From Amoebidium appalachense (lineage: Eukaryota; Protista; Ichthyosporea), in assembly GCA_963693365.1 (NCBI GenBank), contig CAVNZM010000013.1, positions 6,834,713 to 6,898,712 on the forward strand: DNA of 64,000 bases, read 5' to 3'. Shown here piece after piece: positions 1 through 9,948 of the stretch. Position 1 is the stretch's first letter, and the number at the start of each line of letters is the position of its first letter. The translations under genes and the position numbers were made by a program. The notes below the pieces were generated by a model. It did not search any database. It worked only from the letters and a program-made list of their open reading frames with translations, and was not told the DNA's origin.

Positions 1-56
1 AGGCCAACCTACCCACCGAGCACACACGCAAGGCGCTGGGCAAGGGGGGCAACCTC

Positions 57-3000
57 ATGGATCGCAAGGACCACCACGTGCTGTGCCACCTGCTGACCCC
101 GGGGGATGTGCTGGGGGTGGGCAACGTCGTCAGATCTTCCGGTTGTGGGGTGTGCAACCTGCTGATGCCCCCACCCAACTACCGTGCCTCCTTCCAGGAC
201 CGTTACCTGCGGAGACTGGTGAGGGCAACCCGTGTGCTGTGGGCCAAGTACGACCTGCCCGTGCCTGCAGAGGACGGCCTGACGGTGGATGAGCTGGATG
301 CAGCCGTGGATGCCCTCAACACGGCCATTGCCGAGCAGCCCGAGTCCGTCACCCGCCTGCGGCTGGTGGTGGTGGACATGGACAGCAAGGGCAGGGTGCT
401 ACGCCGGTACGGGGACCTGAGCACGGCCCTGCCCCCCTCCAAGCTGTGCACCATGTACTTGGCCCACTCCCAGAAGCTGGGGCACTTCACGGCCATCACC
501 TCGAGTGTCAGCACGGCCATCGAGCGCCTGCGGCACGACAACCACACGGGGGAGGCACGTCGGAGCCTCAGCACCTGCTTCCACTGCAACCAGACCGTGC
601 AAGCCAAGAACATGGGGGTGCACCGTTGTGTGAACCGGTGTGAGAACTGTGGATCAAAGGGGGACCGCAACGACCAGGCCAACGCCTGTGTGTGGACCCC
701 CGAGCGCCGTCTGCAGCTTGCACGGGCAGGGGAGGAGGCATGGCCTTACCGTTGTGACGACTGCTGTGGTCTCTTCCCTTCAGCCAAGTGCATGGCCAAC
801 CACAGCACCAGGCTCAAGGGGGTGGGGGCCAGGGCCGACGGCCGGCAACAATCCTTCTGTGACACCGTGTTCTGGTGCCGGCTGGCCACGTGCACCCACG
901 GTCTGCAGGGGTACCGGGTGTTTGGCAGTGGGGATGATGCCCGTAGGGTGTGTGTTTCGGGCAACCCTGCCGGCCGGTTCATCTACAAGTTCAAGTACGC
1001 CAGCGTGTGCCGGCTACGTCGGCTGCACACCGCCCAGGAGCAAGGGGGGTACGATGCAGGTGCAGATGCCGGCGCCAACGACGAGGGGGAGGGCTGGGGC
1101 TGGGGCACGGACACGGAGGAGGAGGACTCGGATGCCGAGGGTGCCGACTCAGACCCCCCACCCAGCCTTGCCGACTCGTCGGACGACGAAGGTGACGATG
1201 ATGACAACGGCGATGGCATCGACCTCATGCAGATGTCTGAGGGGGAGGGGGATGACGGGGGTCAGCACGGGGGCAAGAAGAAGGACGACACGTGGACACA
1301 GCACCTGTGCACCGACTACGACTGCAAGGGGTGTGGGGGGTACATGCCCGGCAACCACACGTGCCTCATACGCAGCAAGCGTGACCAGCGACGTGTGTAC
1401 ATGTGCACGCACACGGATGCAGACGGCACGGCGTGCGACAGGGTGGCATGCTACTCCAACGAGCATGGGCAGGGGGAGGAGGGGGAGGAGGGGGAGGGGG
1501 AGGGGGAGGGGTCACCTGCACGGCAGAGGGCCAGGGTGGATGGTGCCGACGGCAGGGTGGGTGCACACGTGTGCAAACGGCACGTGCCCGACGACGATGG
1601 CAGCAGGGGGCCGTGGAAGCAGACCCGACAGCCCATCAGGGACATCGTGCTGGACTTCGAGACCATGCCCGTGCCTGCCCCCGACCACACGGCCGAAAAC
1701 CCCCACTTCATCCACATCGTGTACCTTGCAGTGGCCATGTACGTCGAGCCAATGGACGGCCAGCCCTCAACCCCCATCGTCTTCTGGCCGGAGGACTCTG
1801 CCGACGGCAAGAACGGGTGGGATGTGCTGCTGGAGGACCACCACCACGTGATTGACAAGGTGGTGGCATGGCTGTTCGACACACCAGCCCATGCCGGTGG
1901 CCGGGTGTACTGCCACAACGGCAGTGGCTTTGACTTCCACTTTGTGACCAAGAGGGTGGTGGGCAGCCAGGACTACGTGTACGTGCCCATCATGGCCAAC
2001 AGCAAGATCAAGTCCTGCCGTATACGCCACTACGTCAAGAATGCCGGTGCACCAGCAGCCCCCGTGCCCATGCGGGTGGATGGTGATGGTGATGGTGATG
2101 GTGATGGTGCCGATGGCCATGGCCATGGCCACGATGGCAATGGCCATGGTGATGGCCATGGTGATGGCCATGGTGATGGCCATGGTGATGGCCATGGTGA
2201 TGTGCAGCAGGCAGCAGCAGCAGCAGGCACCGGCCGGAAGAGGAGGCACGGGGGGCAGAGGGGGGACGGCAGCCGCACGACGGTGGTGGAGCTGACGTTC
2301 GTGGACACCCTCAACTTCCTCACCATGTCGCTGTCGGACGCTGGCAAGGCCATGGGGTGCCAGGAGACGAAGGGCCACTTCCCCCACCATGCAGCCACCT
2401 TTGCCAACTTCAAGGCCGGCCACATCCCCTTCCCCGGGCCCGAGGACTTTGGGGCCCAGGACATGAAGCCCAAGCAGCATGCTGCCTTCATGCAGTGGTG
2501 GCGGGAGGAGCAGGCACGGCTGCAGGGGCAGGCACCGGCGGGCACGTGCTACGACATTGCCCAGCAGTGCGAGGACTACTGTGTCAAGGATGTGGTGCTG
2601 CTGCAGCAGGTGGTCAAGGCCTTCATGTCGAAACTCATCGAGCTGACGGGCATCGACCCCTTCACGTGCGTCACCCTTGCTTCCCTCGCCATGCACTTCT
2701 GGATCACGCAGGCCATGCCCAAGGACGTGGCCGTGATGCGTGACCAGACCATGGGCAACGTGAACAGCAGCAAGAAGGAGCAGGAGTACATCGACTACGT
2801 CACCCACGGCCTGGGGGTGGGGCCAGACGACGTTGCACGGCACGTGGCCACCGGGTACGACCCCCACGGCAGGGCCACGGCCGATGCCAAGGCCACCCAC
2901 GACGACGGCACGTGCACCCACTACTTCTTCCACGGGTGTGTGTTCCATGGGTGCCCCGACTGCAACAGGCACGAGGATCTGACGATGAGGGTGGTGAAGA

Positions 3001-4751
3001 GGCCGGCCAGGGAGGCCTACGACAGCACCATGGCCCACGAGAGGTACATCCGTGCCCAGGGGCACAAGGTGCAGAGCATGTGGGAGTGCAGGTGGGACAG
3101 GCTGAGGCAGAGCCCCGAGGTCAAGGCTGCCCTTGCAGCACAGGCGGCACGGAGGGAGGGCACCGGCAGGGTGGCCCCCGTGCCCACGGGCCCGGTGCAG
3201 TTCCGTGATGCCTTCTTTGGTGGCCGTACGGAGGTCATCACCCGTCACATCGAGGTCAAGGAGGAGGACTGGCCGGAGGCCGGGCTCAAGTACGTCGACG
3301 TCACCTCCCTCTACCCGTACGTGATGATTGACAAGTACATGCCGGTGGGCAAGTCACAGTGGTTCACGTCACTGCCCATCAAGACGGAGGACCACCCCAC
3401 GGCCATCGTCACGGATGCCCAGGTGCTGAAGGACTCGGAGAGGCTCGACAAGACGTGCCGTATGACCCCCGGCTCCCCCCAGGCCAGGACCAAGGGGTAC
3501 TTTGGTGTTGCACGTGTGAGGGCGCTCCCCCCCAAGGACCTGTTCATCCCCGTGCTGCCTGTGCGTATGACGGGTGCCCAGGGGTACGACAAGCTGGGCT
3601 TTGTGCTGTGCCGGGCCTGCAGCAGCAAGGAGGAGGCCCGGGCCACCTGCATGGACGAGGACGGCAACCCCAGGGTACGTGAGCACACACTGTGCACACA
3701 CACGGACGAGGAGAGGGCACTGGTGGGCACGTGGACGACGGAGGAGCTGAAGGTGGCCGTGCGTGATGGGTACACCATCCTCGACGTGTACGACGTGGTG
3801 CACTTCAAGAAACGCACCAAGAACCTCTTCCGGAAGTACGTGCAGACGTTCCTGAAGGTGAAGCTCACCAGCACCACCGTAGATCCGGCCGACATCCCCG
3901 CCCTCGTGCACCTGTTCAAGGAACACTACGGCATCACGGTGGCCGCCCACGAGTTCGAGCCCAACCCGGCCCTGCGTACCATCAGCAAGCTGTTTCTGAA
4001 CAGCCTCTGGGGCAAGCTGGTGCAGAGGGCAGGGCTGGACACCATCGAGTTTGTCGACGACGTCGACAGGCTGAGGCTGCTGGTGACGAACCCCAACCTG
4101 CTGGTGCTCGACGTCGAGCCCATCGGTGAGCAGAGGGTGGCCATCAAGTACCGGCCCAAGAAGGAGACGGCCCCACCCCCCTCCTACGCCAACATTGCCA
4201 TCGGCACGTTCGTGACGGCCCATGCCCGGCTGCACCTGTACGGGGCCCTCCGGTCCCTCTCCCCCCAGCAGGTGGTGTACATGGACACCGACTCCATCGT
4301 CTACCACTACGACAGCAGGGTGCCCCACCTCAGCCACAACATCGACTCCACCAACGGGGACTTGCTGGGCAACTGGAAGAACGAGACGTCGACACCCATC
4401 GTCGAGTTTGTGGGGGTGGCCCCCAAGACGTATGCCTACCGCACCCAGGACGGCAAGACCGACGTGAAGGTCAAGGGCATCACCCTGTCCCGCCGGGCGG
4501 CCGACATGGTGAACCTCCCCAGCCTGCGCATGCTGGTGCACGGCGAGCTGCCGAGTGTGAGCGTCACCAACCACCGGCTGCTGCGGGAGCCCGTGCCCGG
4601 GGTCCCCCACAACTACCACCTGGCCAGCAAGGACCAGCGCAAGACACAGTCGGGGGCGTTCGACAAGAGGGGGGTGTTCGAGGCGGCCGACGGCAGTGTA
4701 CGCAGCTACCCCATCGGGTGGGCGGCACCGGAGGGGAACCTGCAGTTTTGA
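57..4751 (+). CDS. polB: Protein-primed family B DNA polymerase (Polinton/adintovirus type); frame is open to the window edge, so the true start is probably upstream
   Basis: Exo I IVLDFET, Exo II YCHNGSGFDFHF, FVDTLNF, KGHFPH, Exo III YCVKDV, FFGGRTE, motif A YVDVTSLYPYVM, motif B KLFLNSLWGK, motif C YMDTDS, KTYAY, KVKGIT. N-terminal vOTU-like 'YLAHSQKLGHFTAITS' and Cys/His zinc motifs. Vsr-like insert 'FHGCVFHGCPDC...VQSMWEC'. No stop codon from nt 3 to the ATG at 57. Confidence 0.96.
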   Translation: MDRKDHHVLCHLLTPGDVLGVGNVVRSSGCGVCNLLMPPPNYRASFQDRYLRRLVRATRVLWAKYDLPVPAEDGLTVDELDAAVDALNTAIAEQPESVTRLRLVVVDMDSKGRVLRRYGDLSTALPPSKLCTMYLAHSQKLGHFTAITSSVSTAIERLRHDNHTGEARRSLSTCFHCNQTVQAKNMGVHRCVNRCENCGSKGDRNDQANACVWTPERRLQLARAGEEAWPYRCDDCCGLFPSAKCMANHSTRLKGVGARADGRQQSFCDTVFWCRLATCTHGLQGYRVFGSGDDARRVCVSGNPAGRFIYKFKYASVCRLRRLHTAQEQGGYDAGADAGANDEGEGWGWGTDTEEEDSDAEGADSDPPPSLADSSDDEGDDDDNGDGIDLMQMSEGEGDDGGQHGGKKKDDTWTQHLCTDYDCKGCGGYMPGNHTCLIRSKRDQRRVYMCTHTDADGTACDRVACYSNEHGQGEEGEEGEGEGEGSPARQRARVDGADGRVGAHVCKRHVPDDDGSRGPWKQTRQPIRDIVLDFETMPVPAPDHTAENPHFIHIVYLAVAMYVEPMDGQPSTPIVFWPEDSADGKNGWDVLLEDHHHVIDKVVAWLFDTPAHAGGRVYCHNGSGFDFHFVTKRVVGSQDYVYVPIMANSKIKSCRIRHYVKNAGAPAAPVPMRVDGDGDGDGDGADGHGHGHDGNGHGDGHGDGHGDGHGDGHGDVQQAAAAAGTGRKRRHGGQRGDGSRTTVVELTFVDTLNFLTMSLSDAGKAMGCQETKGHFPHHAATFANFKAGHIPFPGPEDFGAQDMKPKQHAAFMQWWREEQARLQGQAPAGTCYDIAQQCEDYCVKDVVLLQQVVKAFMSKLIELTGIDPFTCVTLASLAMHFWITQAMPKDVAVMRDQTMGNVNSSKKEQEYIDYVTHGLGVGPDDVARHVATGYDPHGRATADAKATHDDGTCTHYFFHGCVFHGCPDCNRHEDLTMRVVKRPAREAYDSTMAHERYIRAQGHKVQSMWECRWDRLRQSPEVKAALAAQAARREGTGRVAPVPTGPVQFRDAFFGGRTEVITRHIEVKEEDWPEAGLKYVDVTSLYPYVMIDKYMPVGKSQWFTSLPIKTEDHPTAIVTDAQVLKDSERLDKTCRMTPGSPQARTKGYFGVARVRALPPKDLFIPVLPVRMTGAQGYDKLGFVLCRACSSKEEARATCMDEDGNPRVREHTLCTHTDEERALVGTWTTEELKVAVRDGYTILDVYDVVHFKKRTKNLFRKYVQTFLKVKLTSTTVDPADIPALVHLFKEHYGITVAAHEFEPNPALRTISKLFLNSLWGKLVQRAGLDTIEFVDDVDRLRLLVTNPNLLVLDVEPIGEQRVAIKYRPKKETAPPPSYANIAIGTFVTAHARLHLYGALRSLSPQQVVYMDTDSIVYHYDSRVPHLSHNIDSTNGDLLGNWKNETSTPIVEFVGVAPKTYAYRTQDGKTDVKVKGITLSRRAADMVNLPSLRMLVHGELPSVSVTNHRLLREPVPGVPHNYHLASKDQRKTQSGAFDKRGVFEAADGSVRSYPIGWAAPEGNLQF
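2079..2201 (+). repeat. In-frame GATGGT / GATGGCCATGGT tandem repeat encoding (DG)n-(DGHG)n inside the PolB exonuclease domain
   Basis: 6-bp and 12-bp units read directly from the sequence; reading frame preserved. Confidence 0.9.
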
Positions 4752-5213
4752 GTGGGGGGAGGGGTAGGGGGGAGGGAGGGGGGTCAGTTAGGAGGTAGTC
4801 TAGCAGTGGAAAATTATGTGGTGTGTTTGTTAACTTAGCATTAGAAGAAAGAAAAATGGGGTGCAGAGTGCACGGGCAGGGGGGTCACCGGCAGAAGAGG
4901 AAAAAGATGGTGTTTTTAGGCATACACCACGTGCACCGTATGCACGAGGGGAGGCAGCCAATAAATTCAGAGCTTAATGCAAAACCAAGCATGTCCAATG
5001 TGTCCTTCGGCAAAAGCAACACCAACACCGGAACCATACACGTGTACAAGGGCGGGAGGCTTGGCAAAAAGAGCAGGCACCAGCACATATAAAAGGCACA
5101 CACGTGTGCACAGACACGTCACTTTTTTCCAACACAAAAACAGTCAACATCACGAATTAGGTGAACTTCGGCCGAAACACACACACACACACACACACTG
5201 ACACGGAAAAAAA

Positions 5214-6098
5214 ATGGACGAAGACACGTTGCTAAGTATGGTGGCCAACACCACGGACCCTGAGAAGCTGCTAGACCTGTGCCCCTTCCTCTACGACATG
5301 TACTGCAACACCACCACACAGCCACGGCCACGGCCACAGACACAAGGGTGCTGGTGGGCATACTGCAAGGAGAGGGAGACGTGCACGGGGGAACACGACG
5401 AATACGAGCACGACGGAGGGGACCAGGAGTACGTGTACGAGGAGGGGGGAGGGAGGGGGGAGGGGGAGGGGGAGGAGGAGGAGGAGGAGGACTGGGTGTA
5501 CGACGGGAGGGGGTGGGAGGGCAGCGACGGGGAGGGGAGGAAGACGTATGAGGGGTGCACGGCCTTCTGGGACAGAAAGAGGTCACAGCCATACAGACAC
5601 ATTAACCACTTCAAGCAGCTGCTGCAGTCGGTGCAGGGCCTGAATGCGAGTATGGGTGACATGCAGGAGGGGGTGGTGGCAGCATTCAGGGGCGTGCAAG
5701 GCATAGAGAACGCCGACCAGGCAAGGAGGGTGCTGAGACAGAACAAACTCACCCAACACTACACACGCGTGCCTTACATACTTAACAGGTTGTACGGGCA
5801 CCCCCTCCCCAGGTTTACGTGCGAGCAGTTGGAGGTCTTGACGGGCATGTTTAAGTTTTGCTTGTCGTGGCACCGGAGACACAAGGAGGACACACGGAAG
5901 AACTTTGTGGGGTACCCCTTCCTGTTGGTGAAAATGGTAGGGTTAGTGCGTGGTATGGACGCGGGAGTAATAGCCAGGCTGGTGCCCACGGTCAAAAGCA
6001 AAGTGACTAGAGTAAAGAGCGATAGGGTGTGGGCACGGCTGGAGAGGGACCTTAAAAACTACCACATGCTAGTGGAACATAACATGTTCTGCCTGTAG
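5214..6098 (+). CDS. VLTF3-like (poxvirus A2 / NCLDV late transcription factor 3 family) protein
   Basis: YRHINHFKQLLQSVQG, VLRQNKLTQHYTRVPYIL, RKNFVGYPFLLVK and KSKVTRVKSDRVW match, in order, the VLTF3 blocks YKRINHF..LxQxQ, LKKL..YYEHIPYI, RKNFLSYSYVL.K and KS..K....D.IW. TATA-like CATATAAAA at about 5086. Confidence 0.85.
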   Translation: MDEDTLLSMVANTTDPEKLLDLCPFLYDMYCNTTTQPRPRPQTQGCWWAYCKERETCTGEHDEYEHDGGDQEYVYEEGGGRGEGEGEEEEEEDWVYDGRGWEGSDGEGRKTYEGCTAFWDRKRSQPYRHINHFKQLLQSVQGLNASMGDMQEGVVAAFRGVQGIENADQARRVLRQNKLTQHYTRVPYILNRLYGHPLPRFTCEQLEVLTGMFKFCLSWHRRHKEDTRKNFVGYPFLLVKMVGLVRGMDAGVIARLVPTVKSKVTRVKSDRVWARLERDLKNYHMLVEHNMFCL

Positions 6099-6230
6099 GC
6101 GGGTAGCCAGGTGCTACCTGCTCTGCATTTAGAGACAACACTGTGCACAATAGAATGGGGTTGTGGCAGGCGTGGGGTGGTAGTGGGGGTGTGCCAGCAC
6201 GTGCCCACACTACCGTCGACCCGCCCAGGT

Positions 6231-6422
6231 TTATTTGAACACCACAGGTGCCGTACGAATGGGTCTGTTGGCGTTGACGCCGGACAGTTTTACGGTGTAG
6301 GCCAGGGGACGTTGCCGAAAGTCCCGTATGGTGGACACGTCCATGACATTCAGGTTGTTGTTCTGTTCCGGGAAGATAAACGGCCTCTTGCGTGTGGGGG
6401 GCCCGCCAGGGTTGAGCTCCAT
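6231..6422 (-). CDS. Small hypothetical viral protein (63 aa)
   Basis: ATG in ATC-ATG-G context; co-oriented and tightly packed with the capsid gene block. Confidence 0.45.
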   Translation of the reverse strand: MELNPGGPPTRKRPFIFPEQNNNLNVMDVSTIRDFRQRPLAYTVKLSGVNANRPIRTAPVVFK

Positions 6423-6461
6423 GATGGTGCTGCAGGCTGTTTACACTAGCACACACAATAT

Positions 6462-6683
6462 TTAAAAGTTTTGGAAGGAGCTCTGGTCGGCGGCCACGGG
6501 CCACGGTGTGTAGGTGGGGGGTCTGGGCCTCATGGTCCCCCCTGGCCCCTCGACGACGTTGCCCGGGCCGTAGAACGGGCGGGTCTGTGGTGCGGGTCGG
6601 GCGCGGTAGGGTAGGGGTACGGGGAGGGGTGCCAGCGTGTGGGGCAAAGCGTGCATGCGCATGTGCTCGGTGCTGTGTGCCAT
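6462..6683 (-). CDS. Small Pro/Arg-rich hypothetical viral protein (73 aa)
   Basis: Fills the gap between neighbouring minus-strand ORFs; ATG start. Confidence 0.45.
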   Translation of the reverse strand: MAHSTEHMRMHALPHTLAPLPVPLPYRARPAPQTRPFYGPGNVVEGPGGTMRPRPPTYTPWPVAADQSSFQNF

Positions 6684-6714
6684 GTCTGCCGCCGCTGCTG
6701 CCTAATGACGTAGA

Positions 6715-9498
6715 TTATTTGCCGGCACCCTTCTTCCTCTTCTTCTTCTCCTTGCTGGCTGTCTTGGTGCGGTACACGCCACGGGCAGACTTAGGGACCG
6801 GGCCACCCTCGACATACCCAGCGGCATGGCTGGCCGGCACAACCCCTTGCCTGTGCACGTGTGCACGCACGTGCGGGTGGTGTGGGTGCATGGGCATGTC
6901 CCCCCTCCCGTAGTTGGCATGATGGTCACGGTGCACGGCCGCTGCCAGCCCAGGGGTGGCTGTGGGTGAAGGGGCACCGGTGGGGGTGGGCACGGGGAAG
7001 CTCGGACCATGTGGCCACGTGGGGGTGCCTGTGGGGGTGGGGTGAGCAGTAGCCGTGGCTGTTGGCGTGTACGGTAGGCGTGGTACGCCAGTGTTGTTAC
7101 CTTTGGTAGCAACCTTCAGCATGTGCAGAGCTACCCCCTTTGCTACCTTCTGGAGTTCTCCGAGGGTGTCACGGTTCCCCAACACGGCCTCTTGCAGGTT
7201 CGGGCCACCGCCACCAACACCGCCGTCAGCAATAGCCGGCGGGCCACCGTCACCATGGTGGCCCCTTACCACGTTGCCCAGAAGCTGGCGTGCTGCCCCC
7301 ATGAACACCCCCCTCACGTAGGAGGCCACGGCAGGGTGGTCCCACCCCGTCTGGTCCTCCCTCACCCGCCTTGTGAACTCCTCCGGGCTCTCCCGCCCGA
7401 GCATGTCGAGGTGTTCCCGCAACCCCTGCCAAAAGGGACTCAGCACCCCCTCCTCGTCGGGTCGGGCGGGGGACGTGGGGGGTCTCCACACGGCGGCAGC
7501 ACCCCCTGTTTGCGAGACCGCCCTCTTGGTGCTTGGGTACGTCGTCACGTCACCGTCATAGCCGATGGCTGCTGGGGTGGGGCTGGGGCTGGGGCTGGGG
7601 GTGGGCGTGGTGGTGGTGGTGGTGGGGCCGTCAATACCGAGGGGCAGGTCTGAAAGCTTCCCCCCTCGCACACGGTACTCATACAGGGCCTGCCTCGAGG
7701 CCTTGGGCTCTTCCTTCTTGAGTCCCCAAGCTACGAATTTGATGGCTTGGTACGGGGCGAAACCCTGCAGAGCTTGATAATACTCGGGGTGTTTGTCCAA
7801 CAACTCTTTCTCAAAGTCCCACATGGGCTCCTGGAACTCGTAATTGGCTGGTGCCAGAGCGTTTGCGACGTCCAAGAGCGTGACGTTGGACAAGGGTAGT
7901 TTCATTTTCCACACATCCAGCTCGTTGGTGGGCGTCGGTGTAGGTGTGACTGTGGGGTGGGCCTGGGACTCGGGCGTTGGGGGCGCAGGCACGAGGGGGA
8001 AGGCTTCGGCCCAAATTTGCAACGGCCACCCGCCAGACTTTGGCGGCCGTGGGGGTATCATGGCCGGCGGGTCGGGTCCACGGTAGGCAGGAGACTGGGG
8101 GTATGGTGTTGGTGCCGGTTGTAGTGGTGGGGGGAAGGGTATGGCCGGGGCAGTCGGCCTCCGCCGTGGCCCGTTACGACCCATGGGCAGGCCGGTACCG
8201 TTCCCTTTGGCGGGCGACTGTGGCGGGGGCTGAACCGTCTGCGGTGGGAAGGGTATGGGTGGTCCGTCCGGCTTGGCCGGCAGGTGGGGGGCCATGGGGG
8301 TCTGTGTGTTGAGCTCCGGGGGGAAGGGTACGGGGGTGGCCGGTTCCTTGGGTGCCTTCCAATACAAGGACTCTGGCGGGGTGGGCATGGTGGGACCGGT
8401 CATATGGGGTGCCAAGACCCCCACATGGAGTGGGGAGGGGCGGTTGGGGTCGTTGCCGGCCAGGGTAACCGGCCGTGGACGTGGCCAGGCACTGGTCGTT
8501 GGCTCATCGTCGTCGTCGTCGTCATCGGGAGGCGTGTGTAGAGGTTGTACCGGGGCTTCGGTGGGTCCGTGGGCTACCGCAGGCTCCACTGGCACAACGT
8601 CGACGTGCTTGCTTGCCACGGCCACCGGCCCGGGCAGTGACCCAGGACGGGTTGTGCTGGTCCGTGTCACCGGCAGACCGGTGCCTTTCCCTTTGCCGGG
8701 CAGCCTCGACCGGTCTGGCTTGGACGTCGGAAGGGGCCGGCCCGTCGAGGGGGGAAAGGGTATGGGTGGACCGTTGGGCTTGGCCGGCAGGTGGGGTGCC
8801 GTGGGAGTCTGGGGGTCAAGCTCTGGGGGGAAGGCCACGGGGACACGGGCCGGGGGAGGCACCTCCCATTTCAGGGACTCTGGCGGGGTGGGCATGGTGG
8901 GGCCGGCCACATGGGGCGCCAGGGGCCCGAAGGAGGGTGCGGGCTCGTTATGGGGCCGGCGGCGTGGTGCGTTTGGGGCAGGGGTTTTGGGCGGTGGAGG
9001 TGGCTTGGGAGGTGGGGGGTACGGTATGGCCGGAGCCCGGCCCGGGGGTGTGGCCGGGACAGGTGGGGGGAGGGGTGGGGTCGGCAGGGGGGCCACGTCG
9101 GGCAAGGGGGGCGGAGGTGCCCTAGGTCTGTTCCACACGTACGTGCTACCGTACTTGTCACCCAAGTGCTCATAGCCAGGGTGGTAGGCTACGTCTACCT
9201 TCACCACCTCCGGCAACCGACCACCCCACCGCTCCAGTGGCTGGTTGGGGTCCAGATATGTGTGGGCCTTCTTGAAAAATGCCTCAACCCCACCCCTGAC
9301 CAACACCTTGTAGCTATGTCGGAGTAGTGAAAGTTTGGGAGTCCCAAAGTACCCAACGGTGGTCTCCCGCCACTTGCCTGAATGCACGTCTTCCGGGTAC
9401 TGGTACTTGACAGTGTACCTGCCCAGGGGCCAAACCCTACTCGTCTCAGAGTCCAAGTCATCAGCGTGCCCACGAGGCTGCTGCACGTTGGGGGACAT
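6715..9498 (-). CDS. Large proline-rich viral protein (about 927 aa) with an internal ~57-aa duplication and a basic C-terminal tail (KEKKKRKK)
   Basis: Long uninterrupted ORF, ACC-ATG start at 9498, co-oriented with the MCP; no family recognised. Confidence 0.75.
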   Translation of the reverse strand: MSPNVQQPRGHADDLDSETSRVWPLGRYTVKYQYPEDVHSGKWRETTVGYFGTPKLSLLRHSYKVLVRGGVEAFFKKAHTYLDPNQPLERWGGRLPEVVKVDVAYHPGYEHLGDKYGSTYVWNRPRAPPPPLPDVAPLPTPPLPPPVPATPPGRAPAIPYPPPPKPPPPPKTPAPNAPRRRPHNEPAPSFGPLAPHVAGPTMPTPPESLKWEVPPPARVPVAFPPELDPQTPTAPHLPAKPNGPPIPFPPSTGRPLPTSKPDRSRLPGKGKGTGLPVTRTSTTRPGSLPGPVAVASKHVDVVPVEPAVAHGPTEAPVQPLHTPPDDDDDDDEPTTSAWPRPRPVTLAGNDPNRPSPLHVGVLAPHMTGPTMPTPPESLYWKAPKEPATPVPFPPELNTQTPMAPHLPAKPDGPPIPFPPQTVQPPPQSPAKGNGTGLPMGRNGPRRRPTAPAIPFPPPLQPAPTPYPQSPAYRGPDPPAMIPPRPPKSGGWPLQIWAEAFPLVPAPPTPESQAHPTVTPTPTPTNELDVWKMKLPLSNVTLLDVANALAPANYEFQEPMWDFEKELLDKHPEYYQALQGFAPYQAIKFVAWGLKKEEPKASRQALYEYRVRGGKLSDLPLGIDGPTTTTTTPTPSPSPSPTPAAIGYDGDVTTYPSTKRAVSQTGGAAAVWRPPTSPARPDEEGVLSPFWQGLREHLDMLGRESPEEFTRRVREDQTGWDHPAVASYVRGVFMGAARQLLGNVVRGHHGDGGPPAIADGGVGGGGPNLQEAVLGNRDTLGELQKVAKGVALHMLKVATKGNNTGVPRLPYTPTATATAHPTPTGTPTWPHGPSFPVPTPTGAPSPTATPGLAAAVHRDHHANYGRGDMPMHPHHPHVRAHVHRQGVVPASHAAGYVEGGPVPKSARGVYRTKTASKEKKKRKKGAGK
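8246..8922 (-). repeat. Two diverged ~170-bp direct repeats (about 8246-8415 and 8753-8922) within the Pro-rich ORF
   Basis: Both encode LAPHxxGPTMPTPPESLxWxxPxxxxxPVxFPPELxxQTPxAPHLPAKPxGPPIPFPP. Confidence 0.9.
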
Positions 9499-9531
9499 GG
9501 TGGACACGGTGTTGTTGTAAACTGGTGTTTA

Positions 9532-9909
9532 TTATTTCGCAGCGTACTGCGCCATGGGTTGCCGGGCAAAGCTGCCCTGGGGGTCACTGCTGTGCCCCAC
9601 CCTCACGGGCGTAAAGTCGACATAGTAGGACTTGCTGTTGAGGGGGAGCCCCCTGCTGCCCAGACCGCTCCTGCCGGGCATGGAGGGCACGTGGTTGTCG
9701 GTGGGCAGGTTGTTGAAGGTCGGCAGCCGGCTGAAGGGCACACCGTAAACGCCGGCCTGGAAGGCGGCGTCCGTGTGCCGTGCCCGGTAGGGGGCCGCAT
9801 AGGCAGCCTCGTACTCGGCCTCGGGTGCCAGCTTGTAGCCGTACACGGCCGCCTGCGTGGGTGTGGGCGCCAGTGGAATACCGTTGACGTTGGCCATGGC
9901 CGCGTTCAT
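9532..9909 (-). CDS. Small Ala/Tyr-rich hypothetical virion or core protein (125 aa)
   Basis: Directly downstream of the MCP on the same strand, with strong C/G third-position bias. Confidence 0.65.
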   Translation of the reverse strand: MNAAMANVNGIPLAPTPTQAAVYGYKLAPEAEYEAAYAAPYRARHTDAAFQAGVYGVPFSRLPTFNNLPTDNHVPSMPGRSGLGSRGLPLNSKSYYVDFTPVRVGHSSDPQGSFARQPMAQYAAK

Positions 9910-9948
9910 ACTTGCTAGGTGGCCCACACAATTTGCACCTTTGAGTTA

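Noticed and set aside
4823-5201. Short ORFs between polB and VLTF3
   Set aside because: Non-ATG starts in an AT-richer region with polyA-signal and TATA-like motifs; more likely terminator and promoter.
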